From assembly GCA_964023285.1 (NCBI GenBank), contig CAXIEN010000093.1:2567739-2631738 (forward strand): a DNA stretch of 64,000 nucleotides, read 5' to 3'. The notes beneath the pieces were generated by a model. The model searched no databases and was not told the origin of the DNA. It saw only the letters and a list, made by a program, of their open reading frames with translations. Shown one piece after another: positions 1 through 14,689 of the stretch. Each line of letters starts with the position of its first letter. The first letter of the stretch is position 1. The stretch is from Larinioides sclopetarius. Taxonomy: Eukaryota. The position numbers were made by a program, and so were the translations under genes.

Positions 1-2178
1 AACCTCTATCAGATCAGGGAGTGAATGAAAAATTGACTGTGTGTATCGATTACAAAACTCCAACTTTACACAAATGAAACAAGTCAATTTAAATAAAAGT
101 GTTTACTAATAAGGAGTTCTAATATTTATCTTGATGGTTTATACTGATAAATATTTCTCAAACTGTAGTTATTAGCTCTCAGTAGTGCTTTACACTTTCT
201 ACGTCAAGTTAACAGTAAGACATGGGTAGGAGAGACTTAAGAAAACAACAGTATTGTTATGCATAATGATATCATTGCTGAAAAAAAGAACTCTTTCTAT
301 TAATGGTCTAGATTTTCAAAACTTCGATGAAGATACGTACTTTGCTACCATTTTTTATGCATTCCTACCTCCTTTTTCCGGAGATCCTGGGACATTAATT
401 CTTTTTTCTTTCCATTTTGATTAAATGTTTGTTTTTATTCTATCTCCTCTAATGCTCTAACCAATAACTAAGCCATTCTGGAGCTATATTATATTTTCAC
501 TAGCTATCTATTGTAGAGTAGTGTTGTATGAGTTAATGTGGGCCAATCTCACCTAGAATAAGCGGACAACCCGGTTAAACGGGATTTACATAATTCGTCA
601 TTAATTAAAGAGACGGAATATAAATTTACAGATAATTTATTTATTTTTATGTTATATTTGCAATCCTTATGATGTACATTGTCAATTCTTACAGTATAAT
701 GAATGAAAATGTTAATTTCAAAAGTGTACAATTTCATTGTTTTTTTGTTGCAATTTATGCTCTTTTGTTAGTGTTATCAGAATTATATGAGCGATGGCTC
801 CTTACACTTACAATGGTGTTCAAAATTTAAGGAATATTAATTTAAGGAAAAGCCAGCAAGAAATTTTCACTTAATATAAAAACTATGGTGTGAAATCGAA
901 TCTAAAAATATGTACATACAATATATATGTTTTGAATTTTATGAAAAGTGAATATTTTGCATACTCATGTACATATGAAGATCAAATATATTATTTTAAT
1001 CGTATTTTCTTGAATAGAATTCGAAAATTCAAGTTAAAGAATATCAGTTTGTGTAAGAACCCTCACCACTGAGCTTCTCTAAAAGGGAAAATGAAATTCA
1101 CCCGACTCAAAGGCCGAAATCTTGCTAAATTTTATATTTATTGAGCTAGGATTTTTATATAAGCTGCTCCATATATCTGATTTTATAAATCTGCACAAAA
1201 ATACTCTATTATTAGCGCATGCTCTATAAAATATTCTTTAGTACCATTATTAATATTTCCTGTAAAATTGAACTAGCTGTTTCTAATTTTAACACAATAC
1301 TTCTTTTACATATTGTCAATTATTCTGAAATTTTTGTAGATTCTGATTGGAAAGTTTGCATATCATTAGAAAAAATCATCCGTATCACTTTGGAATCGCT
1401 TAAATAAATCTCTATATCTTTGCGAATATTGTTGTGTGCATAAAATATTATATACATCAAAACTTACTATTTACGAAAGTTTATCTCGTTATCTACATTC
1501 TATGAAACGGAATGGCTCACGCTCCTTTTCGTATTCATCTCTGTCTGGTATCCTCCCTAATTGCCCTCATGACCAAATTTTTGCTGTCAAAGGAGGTTGA
1601 TAGTCCAATAAATATCATGCTTATTTTTAAATGAGATGTCAAACCATAGTTTTTGAATGAATTGTTAATATCTTGCTGACCTGAAATATTTCATAATTTT
1701 TGCGCACCAGTGTATATTGTTATAAAGATGTAGTTGTGCTTTCCCTGTATGGCTGATCTCATAGTTGGGAACAGAGTTTTACAGGGATTAGCATTGGGAG
1801 ATTTATAGTTGTATTCCTAGATCACTAACTTTGGTGACAAAGTTGCAGCGCCGGACAATCACTTCGTTTGTTCGTGCTCTGGTATGGAGTTGACCCCTTC
1901 TACAATGAAGCTTGGTGCTGTGAACATCAGACCAGCACACAGGAGCTGACGCTGAGGAAGTACGATCGAACGTGAGAGCTACACATGCTCCTGGTGGACG
2001 GGCTCCTAGAGTGAAAACTGTTCTTCATGAACTGGAACTGTGCCTGAATAGTTGTCAGATGGACAGCATATTGTTATAAATCGCATGCCCCCTAAAAAAC
2101 CAACCTTTACATAGCTACTTCATTGTTAAATTCTTCAACTGTAATCTTTTTGTCATTAAATTTAAATTTAACCGTTTG

Positions 2179-2193
2179 GTGTGTGTGTGTGTG
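2179..2193. repeat. (GT)n microsatellite, about 7-8 units
   Basis: Direct read of ggtgtgtgtgtgtgtg. Confidence 0.9.
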
Positions 2194-5100
2194 ATTGCTT
2201 CCCCCACATTTATATATAAATAAGATCAATGTCTGCAGAGACCGCTGCACTACAGCAACGAAATTTGACATGAAGGTGGCCCAGGACAGGAGCCGAGACA
2301 TTTCGAAAAGACTGTTTTAATTAACAAAGTAGATTTTTTGCTACTTAGTGTTTTATCTATTATTTCGCCCTTTCTAATGAAATACCGTACTAAAATTTTT
2401 AAAAGTCTGGAATCTGAACAAATACAGAATTTTTTTCATACCACCTGAAATGTAATTTTACGTCGTCAAATTTTTATTTGTCAGATTGTAAAGGTTAGTA
2501 AACTATGTTTAAACATAGCAAATCATTGGATATAAACATCCACGAACTTTGTGATGAAATATCAGTGGCCTGTTTTCTATTGGAAAAATTTGCCAACTTA
2601 AGAAATTTTGAAATTGATAGCAAAAATGAATTTTATACCAAACTTGAGCATTGTTTTAGGAATTTTTTATTTACTCTTCCGAGGTAATAAATCCGAGGTG
2701 TTGTATACGAGGAACGTAAAATTTCCAAAATAAAAATAATCTTCAACTATTGGCGAAAAACATTTCAACCAAGATCGTTAGGCCTCTCCATGTTAGGATT
2801 TGAATATGAACTGAGGTAAAGTTTAGATGTTTCTGAATTAACCGTAGACTTCTATGAACTAAAAGTTTGCAAAAAAAACAAGAAAAATGCTTGCTAAAAA
2901 TTGTATAAAACAGACTATAAACCTTTTTAAAAAAGAATACATACATTGTAGTTCCATAAGGGCGTAATTTTTTACTTTCGCATGGAACGCTTCGAGTTGG
3001 AGACAAATTTGGAGAGTTTGACGACAAATCGATGATTCCCAAATATGCGTCATTTTCGTGATATCTCAATCAGGAAAGAAGATACCGGAATTTGCTAGGT
3101 ATTTCCATGTGATGTCACGGTCTTTCAGGCAGAGTATATAAGAAGCGTATCTGGACCACGATGAGAGAGTGTTGATCGACTGGAACGAGTTGACTGATCG
3201 AGATCGCCTTAGGCGTTGTATCCGTTGTGCGATCTAGGAAGCTGTTAGGCGCCAAACGGTAGTAAAGCAGCGTGTGGGAACATTGATTGATTTTGGAGTT
3301 TCGCTGCAGAAAGAACTAGAAAGCCAGTGAACGGAGCGCGTTTGAAAGTGCTGTTATTGTCATTATTAGTGATTTGCTGACTAGTTGTGTCGCTAAATCT
3401 ACTGTATTGCAATTATCTGGGAATTGTTGTCTTTTGGGGTTGCTAATCTGTACAAGATATATTTTTCCTGTTACTTGTGCTGAGTATTTTCAGGCATATT
3501 TGTAAATAAACTTTCATTCTCCATTATCCTGCGTATTGGACGGTTTACACCATACAGCCACAGAGCGATTTTTGTAACATTATTAAGTGATATTTGAAAG
3601 ATAAGGGTTGGAATTTGCGTTTCCATAATACTAAATGAAGATTAACATATTTTCGATGGTATAGACAGATATAATCCCTTTATAACAGTGAGTATTATTT
3701 TATATTAAAATGCTGAAAAACTTAAGAAAAAATTATGTGTTCATAAACATAAAGCAATTTATAATTTTTTATAATTAGTTCATATTTAAAAAAAATGGAG
3801 ATAGAAACACAAAGTATTATTTATGCTATTTGAGGCAGCAACAGCGGAATCATAATTGTATAAAATGGAGTAGAATAAAGGACAAGACTAGAAATATACA
3901 AAGAAAATACTCAATAAATAATTATATAATGTAAGGAAGTACAAAAAAGCTTGTAAATGGCAAAAAACTCATTTCTAGAGTTTTTACTATTCGAAAAGTA
4001 ATTAATTCTGGTGGTAGCACAAGCCAGACAGAATCTATTCATACCAAGAATAATATAATCTATTACGGTTTGGGTATTTCCCTCCGTATAAAGAATACAC
4101 TCTCTTAGCTTAGAGGATCAGGAAGTAATAAACGCCTCCCTAGTATGCCCTATACATGTTCAATGACATTCAAGTTAGGTGATCGTGATGGTAATTCGAC
4201 ACGAAGCAGTGTATTAATCATTGACTGACAATAAGAGACCTCTATATTTGAACATTATCATCTATGAAAGCAGATGCCTTCAAGAAATGGGTAAACATAC
4301 TGTAGATTGATGTCATTTTTTGAGCCCGCTGCACTCACAGTAACACGAAGTGATTAGTGCGGTTGGTTAAAACAATATTGGTACATACCATCATCTCTGC
4401 ATATGTTTAATTTCTAATTTGATATCGAGTTACAGAGTTTTTCCAAATCAGTAATTGGTGATAATCTGTCTATAGGTTAAACCAAGAGTTAGCTACAAAG
4501 ATCGCGATTTCCCATTGTTGTTGCATTTATTTGAGAAATGATCCTGAACTAAATATAAGCGGCTTGACGGTTTACTTACTTGCAGCTGATCTGTAAACAG
4601 TTTGCTGTTTTACAGCTCTTCTTGGTGATGTTAAAAAATCTGTAGCAGGCCAATGAGCAATAATTGATCTGTGGTTTCTTGCTTACAGGCACATAAAATC
4701 GCCAACTTGAGAAGTGCTTCTTGAGCTTTTTCTTATTGCTCTTCGTAACAACTTTTCCTTCATTTTGATATCAGTTTTACAAGCTGTAAATAACAGAATG
4801 ACTGGTAATATTATTTATGCGTCCTACGGTTGAAGACCTTATTCAAGAACTCCTATTATCTTTTATCGGCTGGTGTCATACAAATGATATCATCTACTAA
4901 TTTTTCACAATTCAGTACTTACTCTGACATCTGAAACATTGATACAGAATAAATTATACGGAATACGCCAGCAACAAGCCGTTTCTGATATAAGGCACCA
5001 TTCTTTTTAAAAACATGTTAGTCTTCAAAAAGTCTCAGTCTTTTTGTCAAAAGTTTCATTATTTACTTGCGTCCCTATACACGAACGTACCAATGTTTGC

Positions 5101-7699
5101 TTCCCATATATATATATGCATATTTTGTAGTTGCATTTATTTCTTTCTCCAAAATCTCGTTTGTCACTTATCTTTTGGTACAAGGGTATATACAGTGTAT
5201 CCACTAAAATCCTGCCCACTTATAAACTTCGGTTATGACTACAGCTCACAAGTCACGTAATGGGTGTCTAAATGCTATATGTGAATCAGTGTATTCATAG
5301 ACATGCTTCTGTGTTTTATTATTCCTATCACGAAACCTCTACATTATACAAACAAAAAGTCATTATCAGATATGTGGAGCATGTTTTTGACAAAATGTAA
5401 CATTAAGAAATTCTTATAAAAATATTCTTAAGTAAACTGGAATTTCAGTCGCATTTATAAAAAATAATTTTAGTTTTTAATGAATGTTTTAAAAATTTTC
5501 TTTCTTATGATATTTATTGTACTTTAGCCGCTTTGTTTTAGCGCCTCATAATTATGATAAAACTATTTTCTACTTTATAGTAAACTAATGAAAGTTCGTT
5601 TTAGAAAAACTTTTTAGTTTAATTAATTTCTACTTTATAGACTTTAATATATTTATTTTATAAACATGTGTGTATGTGCGTGTGTCTTGTTATTATTCTT
5701 TCTTCAAATTCACGACTAGATGTCATCTCTAATATGGAATCCACATTTAATTAAAATTAATCGATTAACCGATGATTGAATAATGAAAATATTAAAATAT
5801 AATGTTTTTTTCATCGGGAATACACAATTGTAACATATTTAAGAACTCTAGGGCGTCAGGAAGGAATTGCAAAATCGACTATAAAATTCCGTTTTTTGAA
5901 AAAAGTTGTATAATAGCATGTAGAATGTAAATAACACAATTTCTGCTTATGGCTAACTCAGAGCTATATCTTTTAGAAAAAATACTAAAATGTCACGGAT
6001 TTCCTGTTATCTAGAGATAGCAAGCTTTCACAGTCTCTCTTCATATATTGTCATCTCGCTAATATGTGCTTTCAATCATGGATGAAAAGTTGAATGGTGT
6101 TTTCTGTAGGACTTGATAAAAGGTCGCTGACACTTAAACCGACAGCTGTCAATAGACAGGACACATAGCCGACATGACTGGTTTACAAACACAACGTGTA
6201 AATGGCATGCACTTCAGGGTACGTGTCATTTAGGGAACATGTATGCTTATGTAAATTTCTTAATTTTATTAGTTTGTTTTTTAATTTGAATTAAATAATT
6301 TAGCAGTTTTAATGATTAAATGATCTTTTACTGATAATTATAATATCATTTGCGTAATTATAGTATAACTAACTTTAGTATCCAGTTTTGATTAGAATAG
6401 ATTTAAATTCGCACTTAATTAAATATAATTAATTTTATTCTTCCTGCAATTAAATAATCATTTATAAATAAAAAATACCATATTCCTATCCAGTAATTAA
6501 TAAAATATCTTTAAAAGCAACGATTCTTTAAAATAGAAATCAACGCAGTTGACCTAAAAAAGGTCCATAGAATGACATGTGCGAATTTCAAGTCATTACT
6601 GTTCACCACTTCAAAGAAGTTTTTGTGAATCATGTAAAAATGTTTTTTTCATGTTTTATATTATAATTCATAATATGTAATAATAATTGAAACTCATTAT
6701 TGCCTCCATGGAACGCGAAATTAGACACAAATGGAGGAAATCGAGTGCGATCCGACTATGGCCTACAGTAATCTTGCTTGCCTACCTGTTAGTCGCAGTT
6801 ATTTTCATTTTTATATAACTGCAATGTAACATGGGGATATAAAATTTATTCTATGAAGTATTAATCTTTTTTGATAAGTTTTTCTTTATACAGGAATAGC
6901 GCTAGAATTTACCCGAGGAGGATTCCGATTTCCCGGACAAGAGGGTACGCTATTCTCGACGGGGGAATGACCTGTTATATGAAGAGGGACGAGTGCAATG
7001 AAATTGGCCTCAATTTTGCGCTTTATTATTACTCTGTATAGAAATTTTCAGCGACGGTATTCAAATTTTTTCCCCCGATAGAGGGGCATAGCATCCCCGA
7101 CGAGGGGTCTTCTCCCTCCTCTGGAGCCCACTCCTACCTTTATAACTTCCATAATTAATCCTAATGAGAAAGTAAATGAGTATTCATTAAGAAGAATCAA
7201 ATTGCAATGCTTATCGAACAATTGTAATGCTTATAAATAACGCCTTATAGATGTTGATTGTATGAGTATGTATTAGAAATTGCAAAAGACGTGAATAATG
7301 TGAAAACAGTGGAAATTTGCCTAACGAGCACTTCGCATTTTGAGTAATTTGCATAATGAGGAAGAAAAAATGAAAGGAAATTATTTGATGAACGAGTGAC
7401 ATTTTACATAACAAGTAATAAGAAGAGAGAAAGTTCCAAATTTTGGGGCTTTTTCTGTCATATTCAAGGAGCATGTTTTGCTTTAATTCTTATCAAACAT
7501 GATATATAGAGATGTTTTCTAATTTCTTTATATCAAACATGCTATTTAGTGAAGGGCTCTCATCAAATATGGTGTCTAGAGACTAAACATAATCTAAAAG
7601 AATTTTAGAAATACCACTTCCACATCATTTCCTGGTTCATAATGATCGAAAATGCATGGTAAGGAGTTACCAAGAGAACCCTTACTTCTGCTTGGAAGA

Positions 7700-8185
7700 A
7701 AGTTTGGTCGGAGAGTGTAGTCGAGAATGTGACATTGAGAAGTCTGGGACAGTACTGTGTGGATTATGGCGCCTGAAGTTAACGAGATAGCGTCTTTGAT
7801 CAAGATCAGTGGATTGGAGGTGGATATAAATGGTATGGATGAGCTAATGGGAGAGCACAGCCAGGAGCCGACCTTTGAAGTTGAATGTGACATTGAGAAG
7901 TTTGAGACAGTACCGTGTCGACTATGAAGCTTGAAGTCAACGAGATAGCGTCTTTGACCAAGATCAGGGACTGGAGCTGGATACCAATGGTCGATAAGCT
8001 TGTGGGAGAGCACAGCCAGTAGCTGACCCCCGAAGTCGAATGTGACATTGAGAATTCTGAGACAGTACCATGTGGACTATGGAGCCTCAAGTCAACGAGA
8101 TAGCGTCTCTTATCAAGATCAAGTGACTGGAGGTGGATACCAATGATATCGATGAGCTTGTGGGAGAGCACAGCCAGGAGCTGAT
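7700..8185. repeat. Tandem repeat with a unit of about 155-160 bp in 3 copies (satellite-like)
   Basis: The marker 'gaatgtgacattgagaa' recurs at 7724, 7883 and 8038. The track ORFs at 7594-8013 and 7806-8243 encode repeated peptides (LSQTSQCHI..MSHSTS..WLCSP), which is the signature of a tandem array. Confidence 0.85.
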
Positions 8186-8956
8186 AAAAACTTATAAAAA
8201 TTAGTGAAATTTCTAAATGAAAACAGAACTCCCAATCCTGCAAACAACAGTATGCATCATAAATAATTAACTTATTATTTCGATTTTATTTTTTTTTGTT
8301 TTTTGTAAACTGAATTCCATATTGGTTGATTTCGCTATAAAAAAAGATGAAGATTATTCTCGCTCCCCTATAATCTTATATACTCTTCTGTTCTGAAGTA
8401 TCACATGTGATACAAATGTTTATAATTTTAAAAATAATCTGGATAGCAATTACAATTTCGAAACCCGTTATATAAGATGCGATACATAATGGAATGCGTA
8501 GTTTTTTGCCCCCTCCTAATCAACCAATGGCTTTACTTTTCCCCAATTGTGTTTTTGTTGCCGTATTTGAAAAATGAAAATAAAATATGACTGCTAGATT
8601 TCTAAGTTGGTCCTTTTCATCACTTAATTAGAAATATTACCATAACTTTTAAAAATAAATTTTCTTTTGTTAATTATTAATTATACTTATTTGCAGTAAT
8701 TAAAGTTATTTTTTCGGAATTTTTTTTTTAATTCATATTAACTGGTTATATATTTTTGTGTTACATGTGATACAAAATCGGCTTAAGTGAAGTCTGAGAA
8801 TATGTCGCAAGGTGGCTTTAGTTAGTTTTTAATTTTATCTTTCAGATTGATATGAAACTGTTTTTTCATAATTTGTTTTAATTTCACACTGAAATTATCT
8901 TTTGCTTCAAAACTTTGCACATTTTTACTCATTCTTAATTATTATCTGATAACTTT

Positions 8957-9127
8957 GGGCTTTTATTTCAGTGAAATATTTGACTCCAGATGCAATTTTA
9001 AAGTCTCTGAATTTCGATTGTTTTGATTTAAATTCGTTGGCAGATAAAGACGATAATTATCAGACGGATAATAATTTGAGGGGCAATAACGTTAGTGATG
9101 GTTGGGTGAACGAGATCAAACTCGTCT
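8957..9127 (+). CDS. Candidate terminal coding exon: polypyrimidine tract plus 'ttttatttcag' acceptor, then a 52-aa open frame (..KYLTPDAILKSLNFDCFDLNSLADKDDNYQTDNNLRGNNVSDGWVNEIKLV*)
   Basis: The open frame immediately follows a splice-acceptor-like ttatttcag. The frame lacks the poly-K/N/F/I low complexity of the surrounding junk ORFs and ends in TAA. An AATAAA lies about 120 bp downstream (9243). I recognise no homolog. Confidence 0.2.
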
Positions 9128-9440
9128 AAAAATACTTGTTTCAGCTAAGTATCGAATTAATAACTTATAATTAATCTGATGCATTAAATATATGTTAATT
9201 TATGCTTATTTTTCATTTAACAATTTTTATTTATTATATTGTGTGAATAAAGCAAATAAAAAAGCAATGAAAATGTAATAAATACCTCGTAGTGCCTTAA
9301 ATTTTAAGACAAAATTTAAATATTACTTTTCTACTTCAATGTGTTCTAAATTACTAGTCTAGTAACTATTTTAGATATAAGAGTTTTATTTTTGTCTCGA
9401 GTCTGAATAGAATATATGCAATTTTCTTTGAATAAATGCT

Positions 9441-9695
9441 AGGCCGCAGTGGCCTAGTGGTAAGGTCTCGACCTCGTGACAGGAGGCTTGAATTCCACTG
9501 AAGATCCGCCGTGTATGGGGCCTGATGCAAGCTAAATCATACGCAGTGGTCAAACGTATCCGCTCTGGTGTGGCACGGAAGCTTATAGCTGAGGAGCCGG
9601 CATCATCATCTGACCATGGTTCAAACTTACGAAATCCATTCCTAAATAGCCCTCGTTTTGCTTCAAAACGGAACGTTAATATAACCTAACCAAAC
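9441..9695 (+). mobile_element. tRNA-derived SINE, copy A (full length)
   Basis: tRNA-like head (ggcctagtggtaagg: A-box-like). Shared blocks 'ccactgaagatccgccgtgtatgg', 'catctgaccatggttcaaacttacga', 'cctaaatagccctc..gcttcaaaacggaacgttaat'. Tail 'ataacctaaccaaac'. Five further copies in the window. Confidence 0.85.
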
Positions 9696-10140
9696 ATTGA
9701 ATAAATGCTATACTGTTGGATATGTATATTTAGTCGGTCTTTGCAATATAATTGACGTAGCCGGAGTTACGACTACGTGTCTATTTGTTATAGGTTGTTG
9801 TCCTGGATATATAATGCTGTAGTACAGAACGTTATTGTTGATTTGTTTTTTATTTGACTAATAAAATCATATTTGATTTTACTGCCAGATGTGTGAACTC
9901 TGCTCATTGCATTGGCAACTCGCCAACAGTGAAATATTTTTTTGGTTTTTCCGCATGGAAAACATTATTGTATTTTACTTTAATTTATACGGGAAAAGTT
10001 ATTTCGCTTAAAGAGCATTTTGCATTGCTAGTATGCTTCTGGAACGAATTATGCTCTTTTAGCGAGGTTCCAGTTTAAGCTTAGTTTCTCGACGGACACT
10101 GGATTCTCGTTCTGGCCCGGTAAACCCAGGAAGGATTTGA

Positions 10141-10290
10141 GAACAAGAAGGTACATATAGAGAAAAAAAAAGAAAAAGAAAATTAAAAAACCCCGCAGGG
10201 ATTGACAAAAAAAAAACAAAAAACGTCGCCTTCTCGACTGGATTTGATAAAAATAATAAAAAAAAACATTGTACAGAAAACGAAAGAACA
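10141..10290. repeat. A-rich low-complexity tract
   Basis: Runs of a8-a10 interspersed with g/c. The track ORFs here are poly-K/F artifacts. Confidence 0.8.
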
Positions 10291-12442
10291 TGCAAGACAC
10301 AGTATACAATTTCTCAATGGAGGACGATACATTGAACAAATTTTAAGCTGTTACTTGACATATCTGTTTATACTATATAACGCATCACTCCACCCACTGC
10401 AGAGACAGTTTTTCGTGTAGACTGTTCACTCTGCAATGATTTATTCCAGATATCGTCTCCGAAGTTTCTCAATTTGTTGCGATTCTTTCTATGTTCCTCC
10501 GCTGGTTATTTATTGATTTTCAAAATTTTAAATGTCTTCTGAATTTTTATCTATACACGAGGGCTTCAGTAAGTATTAATTCATAATTTATGTTTTCAAA
10601 TGCATTAGCGGATAATTCCAATAGTAAAAATTCAAAAATTTATATCGGTAAAATCTTATTTTTCAATCGCGATTTTCTGCAACAGTCTAAATAAAAGCTA
10701 GTTGTTAACTAAAGTTTTGCTGAAATGAAATGAAATTAATATACTCATAACAAAATAAAATGTAATCAAGGCCGAATAAACGAAGCAAAAATAAAAATAT
10801 AATAAATGAAGCACAAACGAAATAAAAAAATAGATAGACAGGAGATTAAATATCCCATGAATATATTCAAACTTTTTTGTACTTTTAGCGTGGTAAAACT
10901 TTATATATTAATACAGAAGATGTTTTCTAAATAACTTTTAAAAACCAAAATAAAAAGAAAATCATATATCAATACAAAGGTAAGTTGTAAAAGAAAATAT
11001 ATGAATTGCGAAAATATTGCATGGAAAAGTATTGCATTTTTTCTGTGTTAAATCATTTGTCACATGGTTGCTGGAAATGAGTATTATAAACAGCAGTAAG
11101 TGGTAATAAAAAAAATAGTTTTTTGTTGTTGTTATTATCACAAGTTCGAGTCATATAACACATTTACTTATTTTGTTATCTGGATCCATAGTTAGATTTA
11201 TGAACTCTATATAAAAAAGCATTTTTAACAGAAACAGTTTTGAATTTTGCAATTATCCAAATCTTCATTACATCAAAGATTTACCAACTGATATTTGATC
11301 TGTCGAACCGAAATTCATTCCTTTTTTTTCATTTGAACCTTTCTTTATTCGAGACTTCAACATTTCTTTACGAATCATTCCCTCTTCCCTTTTACAAAAT
11401 TTGTAATGGGAATCTCAGAACTCAGAGGCTGTTAGCTTTCGAGTTTTGTAAGAAAGCCTTATGATTTGTGTTGATATGAAATGAAATAAAAAAATGTGAT
11501 TTTAAATCATTTATTTTTGTTAAAATGTACTATTAGTATATTTCAGAGTGTTATTTTTCATTTAAACCATTTTCTTTCCATTATTGTCCTACAGATGGCG
11601 CTACAAACCCTTACACGCAATTTAACAGAATACATATTCAGCGAAAATTCCCTTTCTTTGATTTGTCTTCCTTCGGCTAGCAAAATTATTATTCTTCCTC
11701 GAATATTTTCTAGATCCTGTCAGGATAAATTTCGATATTTTTTACATAATTATTTACATAAACCTGAATAACCGCAACCGAATAATTACGCTTAATGCAT
11801 AATGCTGTCTTGGGAGGAAAAAAAAGCACGCAAGGAGTTTTATAGGTCCAGTATTTAGCTTTTTGTATATCACATGAAAAAGCAATTCGGATTCCTCAAA
11901 TAAATATATTATTTGAGGAATATTTTTTTTTGAAGGAGGCTTCCTCCACTGTTCTGGGACTTCGGAAGAAACAGTGCTTCTCTAGTCTATATAAAGAGAG
12001 TTTATATTCTCTCTTATCTTCTCTATAGATAAATAGGCACGATGTAAAATACCCCTCTATAATTTTCTCCATAACTAAACAACATGATTAGTAGAAAAGT
12101 GAAGGAGTAATAACACCATAACTCATCAATAGCACAGTCAAGGCTGAATTTTTCTTTTATTTGTTTTTCTTTTTTTATACTTCTACTTTTTCTTTTTTTT
12201 CTTTTAATGATAACAAAATACATAACCGCATTACCGTTATTATAAAAATTGTGATTAAAGAAAAAATTCCTAATTCCTATTCGGTAAAAGAAAATTATTG
12301 TGCAAATGATTGTTATGTCACCCAGAATTCAATTTCTGTATAAAAAAGCCGGGTATAAAGAACCTCCAGTCCACAAAATGTTCCCAAAAGAACCTTTTTC
12401 CTTACTTCTGCTCAGTTCGCTCTCTTTCTCTGTTTATATATG

Positions 12443-12684
12443 GGCTGGTTAGAATGACAATAGTGTAACTTATTCGAAGTTATTTCGAGTAATTGAGGTT
12501 TTCGAAAATCGCTGGCATTTAGTTCATTGCAGTAGACAATTCCAGTGCTGCCCCTAGCGGTCAATTATTGTACTATTGATTTATGCCACTATTGCATAAA
12601 ATAAAATAACTAAAAAGAAACCCAAATCCATGCTTTTCAAATTTAAAAATATTTGACTTACACCACTATCATTCTAACCAGCTC
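12443..12684. mobile_element. Possible small MITE: about 22-bp inverted repeats (ggctggttagaatgacaatagtg / cactatcattctaaccagc) bracketing about 200 bp
   Basis: Inverted repeat read directly. No TSD verified. Confidence 0.35.
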
Positions 12685-14689
12685 ATTAGTTAATGGCAAT
12701 GTATGAAACACCTGCATTCTATAGAATACATAGACATTTTATTAAATGCCGGTCGTTTTCAGGCTAGTATGAAAAATTGGGAATTATATTTTCCCAAGGC
12801 ATGTATATAATACAATACTACATAATACAATGTATATAATACATTAGCAATTATGTAGAATGACACACGCTATTTAGGCAAAGTGTGAAAAACGATCATG
12901 ATAAGGCTATTATTTAAAAGATGCACACTCTTTTTTTTCCCGAAATGCAAATGTTATTTTGAAAAATAATGAAACAGAGGCATTAAAAAACTTAAATACG
13001 AAAAGAAAAATGAAACGTGTACGAAATAAAATTTATGTCTTTCTTATTAAAGAAGACAATAAGAAATCTGAACATACTTCTTACATCAAGAAAATAAATA
13101 ATTTTATTTTGAATTGTAGTTAATTTTGTTTCTTTTAAAATCGAGTTGGCGGTGTATTTTATACTTTTCCGGTTTGTGATTTGGCATTCTATAGAATACC
13201 AAGGAAATGTGTAAAATTTTAATCATATTATTCATTACCGGTCAGTTTTTGGCATTCTGTAAAAAATGCCTGGGTATTCTTTAGAATACCGTATTTCATA
13301 TATTTCCGGTAATTTATATATATATATAGTTATAAAATTAGGTGGGAATTTCTTTTATTTATAATATAGATCAAAGCATACATATAGATCTAAATTTAAG
13401 TGGGAGAACATTTAACTATTTTGTTTAGATAAATAATAATTTAAAAGGTAGCTCTACCTCTCTAATGCTTTACTTCGATCAATAGTCGATATATCAAAAC
13501 CAGAGTGTTGATAAATTTCGTTTTCCTTCCCAAAATATTAAGCTAAGAGTGGCAACAGTGTCACCTCACATGGCCATTTTGGGTTGAAAGTTTTGAACTG
13601 TAGTGAAGAAACAATTTTTCGGTTGTAGATGCAAGCTTCTGGAAGAATTAAATTTTCCTCCAGAGATTTCAGGAAAATATTTTTTATCTATTTTTCAAGT
13701 GTTCCCCTTTTAGAAGCATGACTGACACTCACATTAAAAGAATTTTTTTATCAATAAAAGTATAAATAATTACCATAGAGTATATTCAAATTATGAGAGG
13801 AGGTGATGTACCTCGGCTACCTATAAACAGCATAGAGTAGTGTTGCATCAATATCAATAAGTGGGTTTAGATAAATCTTTATCGTAAATAATCACAAAAA
13901 CATTATACGAGCCTATCATATGAAGAAGTCGTAGTAAAAATACTGATACGGAAAAAAATATGTTTGCATACTAAGATTTTGAATATGTTTTCAATATGAA
14001 AATTATAGATATTGTATTGATTTTACCTTCAAAGCTAATTTTTTCGCCGATGCTAATACAACTGGTTTTAGTTAGTTTTAAATAGTTTTTAGTAATAGTA
14101 ATTAGTTTTTTTACTAGCGTGGAGAACATTTTAAGAAAATTATGTTAAGAATCTGTTTTGTTGCTCTATTACCTCTAATAATAATAAAGGGAAATGGTAT
14201 GTCTGTAAATCCTTGCATTCTACAGAACAAACGGTTAGATTTAGAGCTGCAAGATTTGGCACAAATATATCTGGGAGATGTGAATGTGCATTGGAGAGAG
14301 ATCGCTTTGAAAATTTAATTAGAATTTCATTTAATAAAAAAGTTAGCAGATTAATTGTTTTGGAAAGTTTTAAATACTAAGCTCTTAGATATTAAATAAA
14401 TCGAAATGCAAAAAGAAAAAAATATAGAAACCATAATTAAGCTGGAAAAAAAAGAACAGCTTTCTCGGCCAGCTAGGTAGTCGCCAAATGATGGGTAATA
14501 GTTACATTATGATTTTTCTTTTATGACTTTCTTTTTACTTTCTTCTATATTACACAAGGAGAAAGCATTGGATCACGAAAATTTTTGACTTCTGTTTTTT
14601 GATTGATTTATATATTTTTAAAGTCCTGAACTCGATTTGACTCTTCTTTTGAAAATGTGTCTCTGAGTGACAAAATTTATGGCCTCGTT

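Noticed and set aside
7594-8243. Overlapping ORFs of 139 and 145 aa on the minus strand
   Set aside because: They span the 158-bp tandem repeat and their peptides repeat with the DNA period. Treated as a repeat artifact.
9441-9520. tRNA gene at the SINE heads (also at 47519 and 20330-20390)
   Set aside because: A-box and B-box-like motifs are present, but no complete cloverleaf or acceptor-stem pairing is evident. The sequences continue collinearly into the SINE body, so these are SINE heads rather than tRNA genes.
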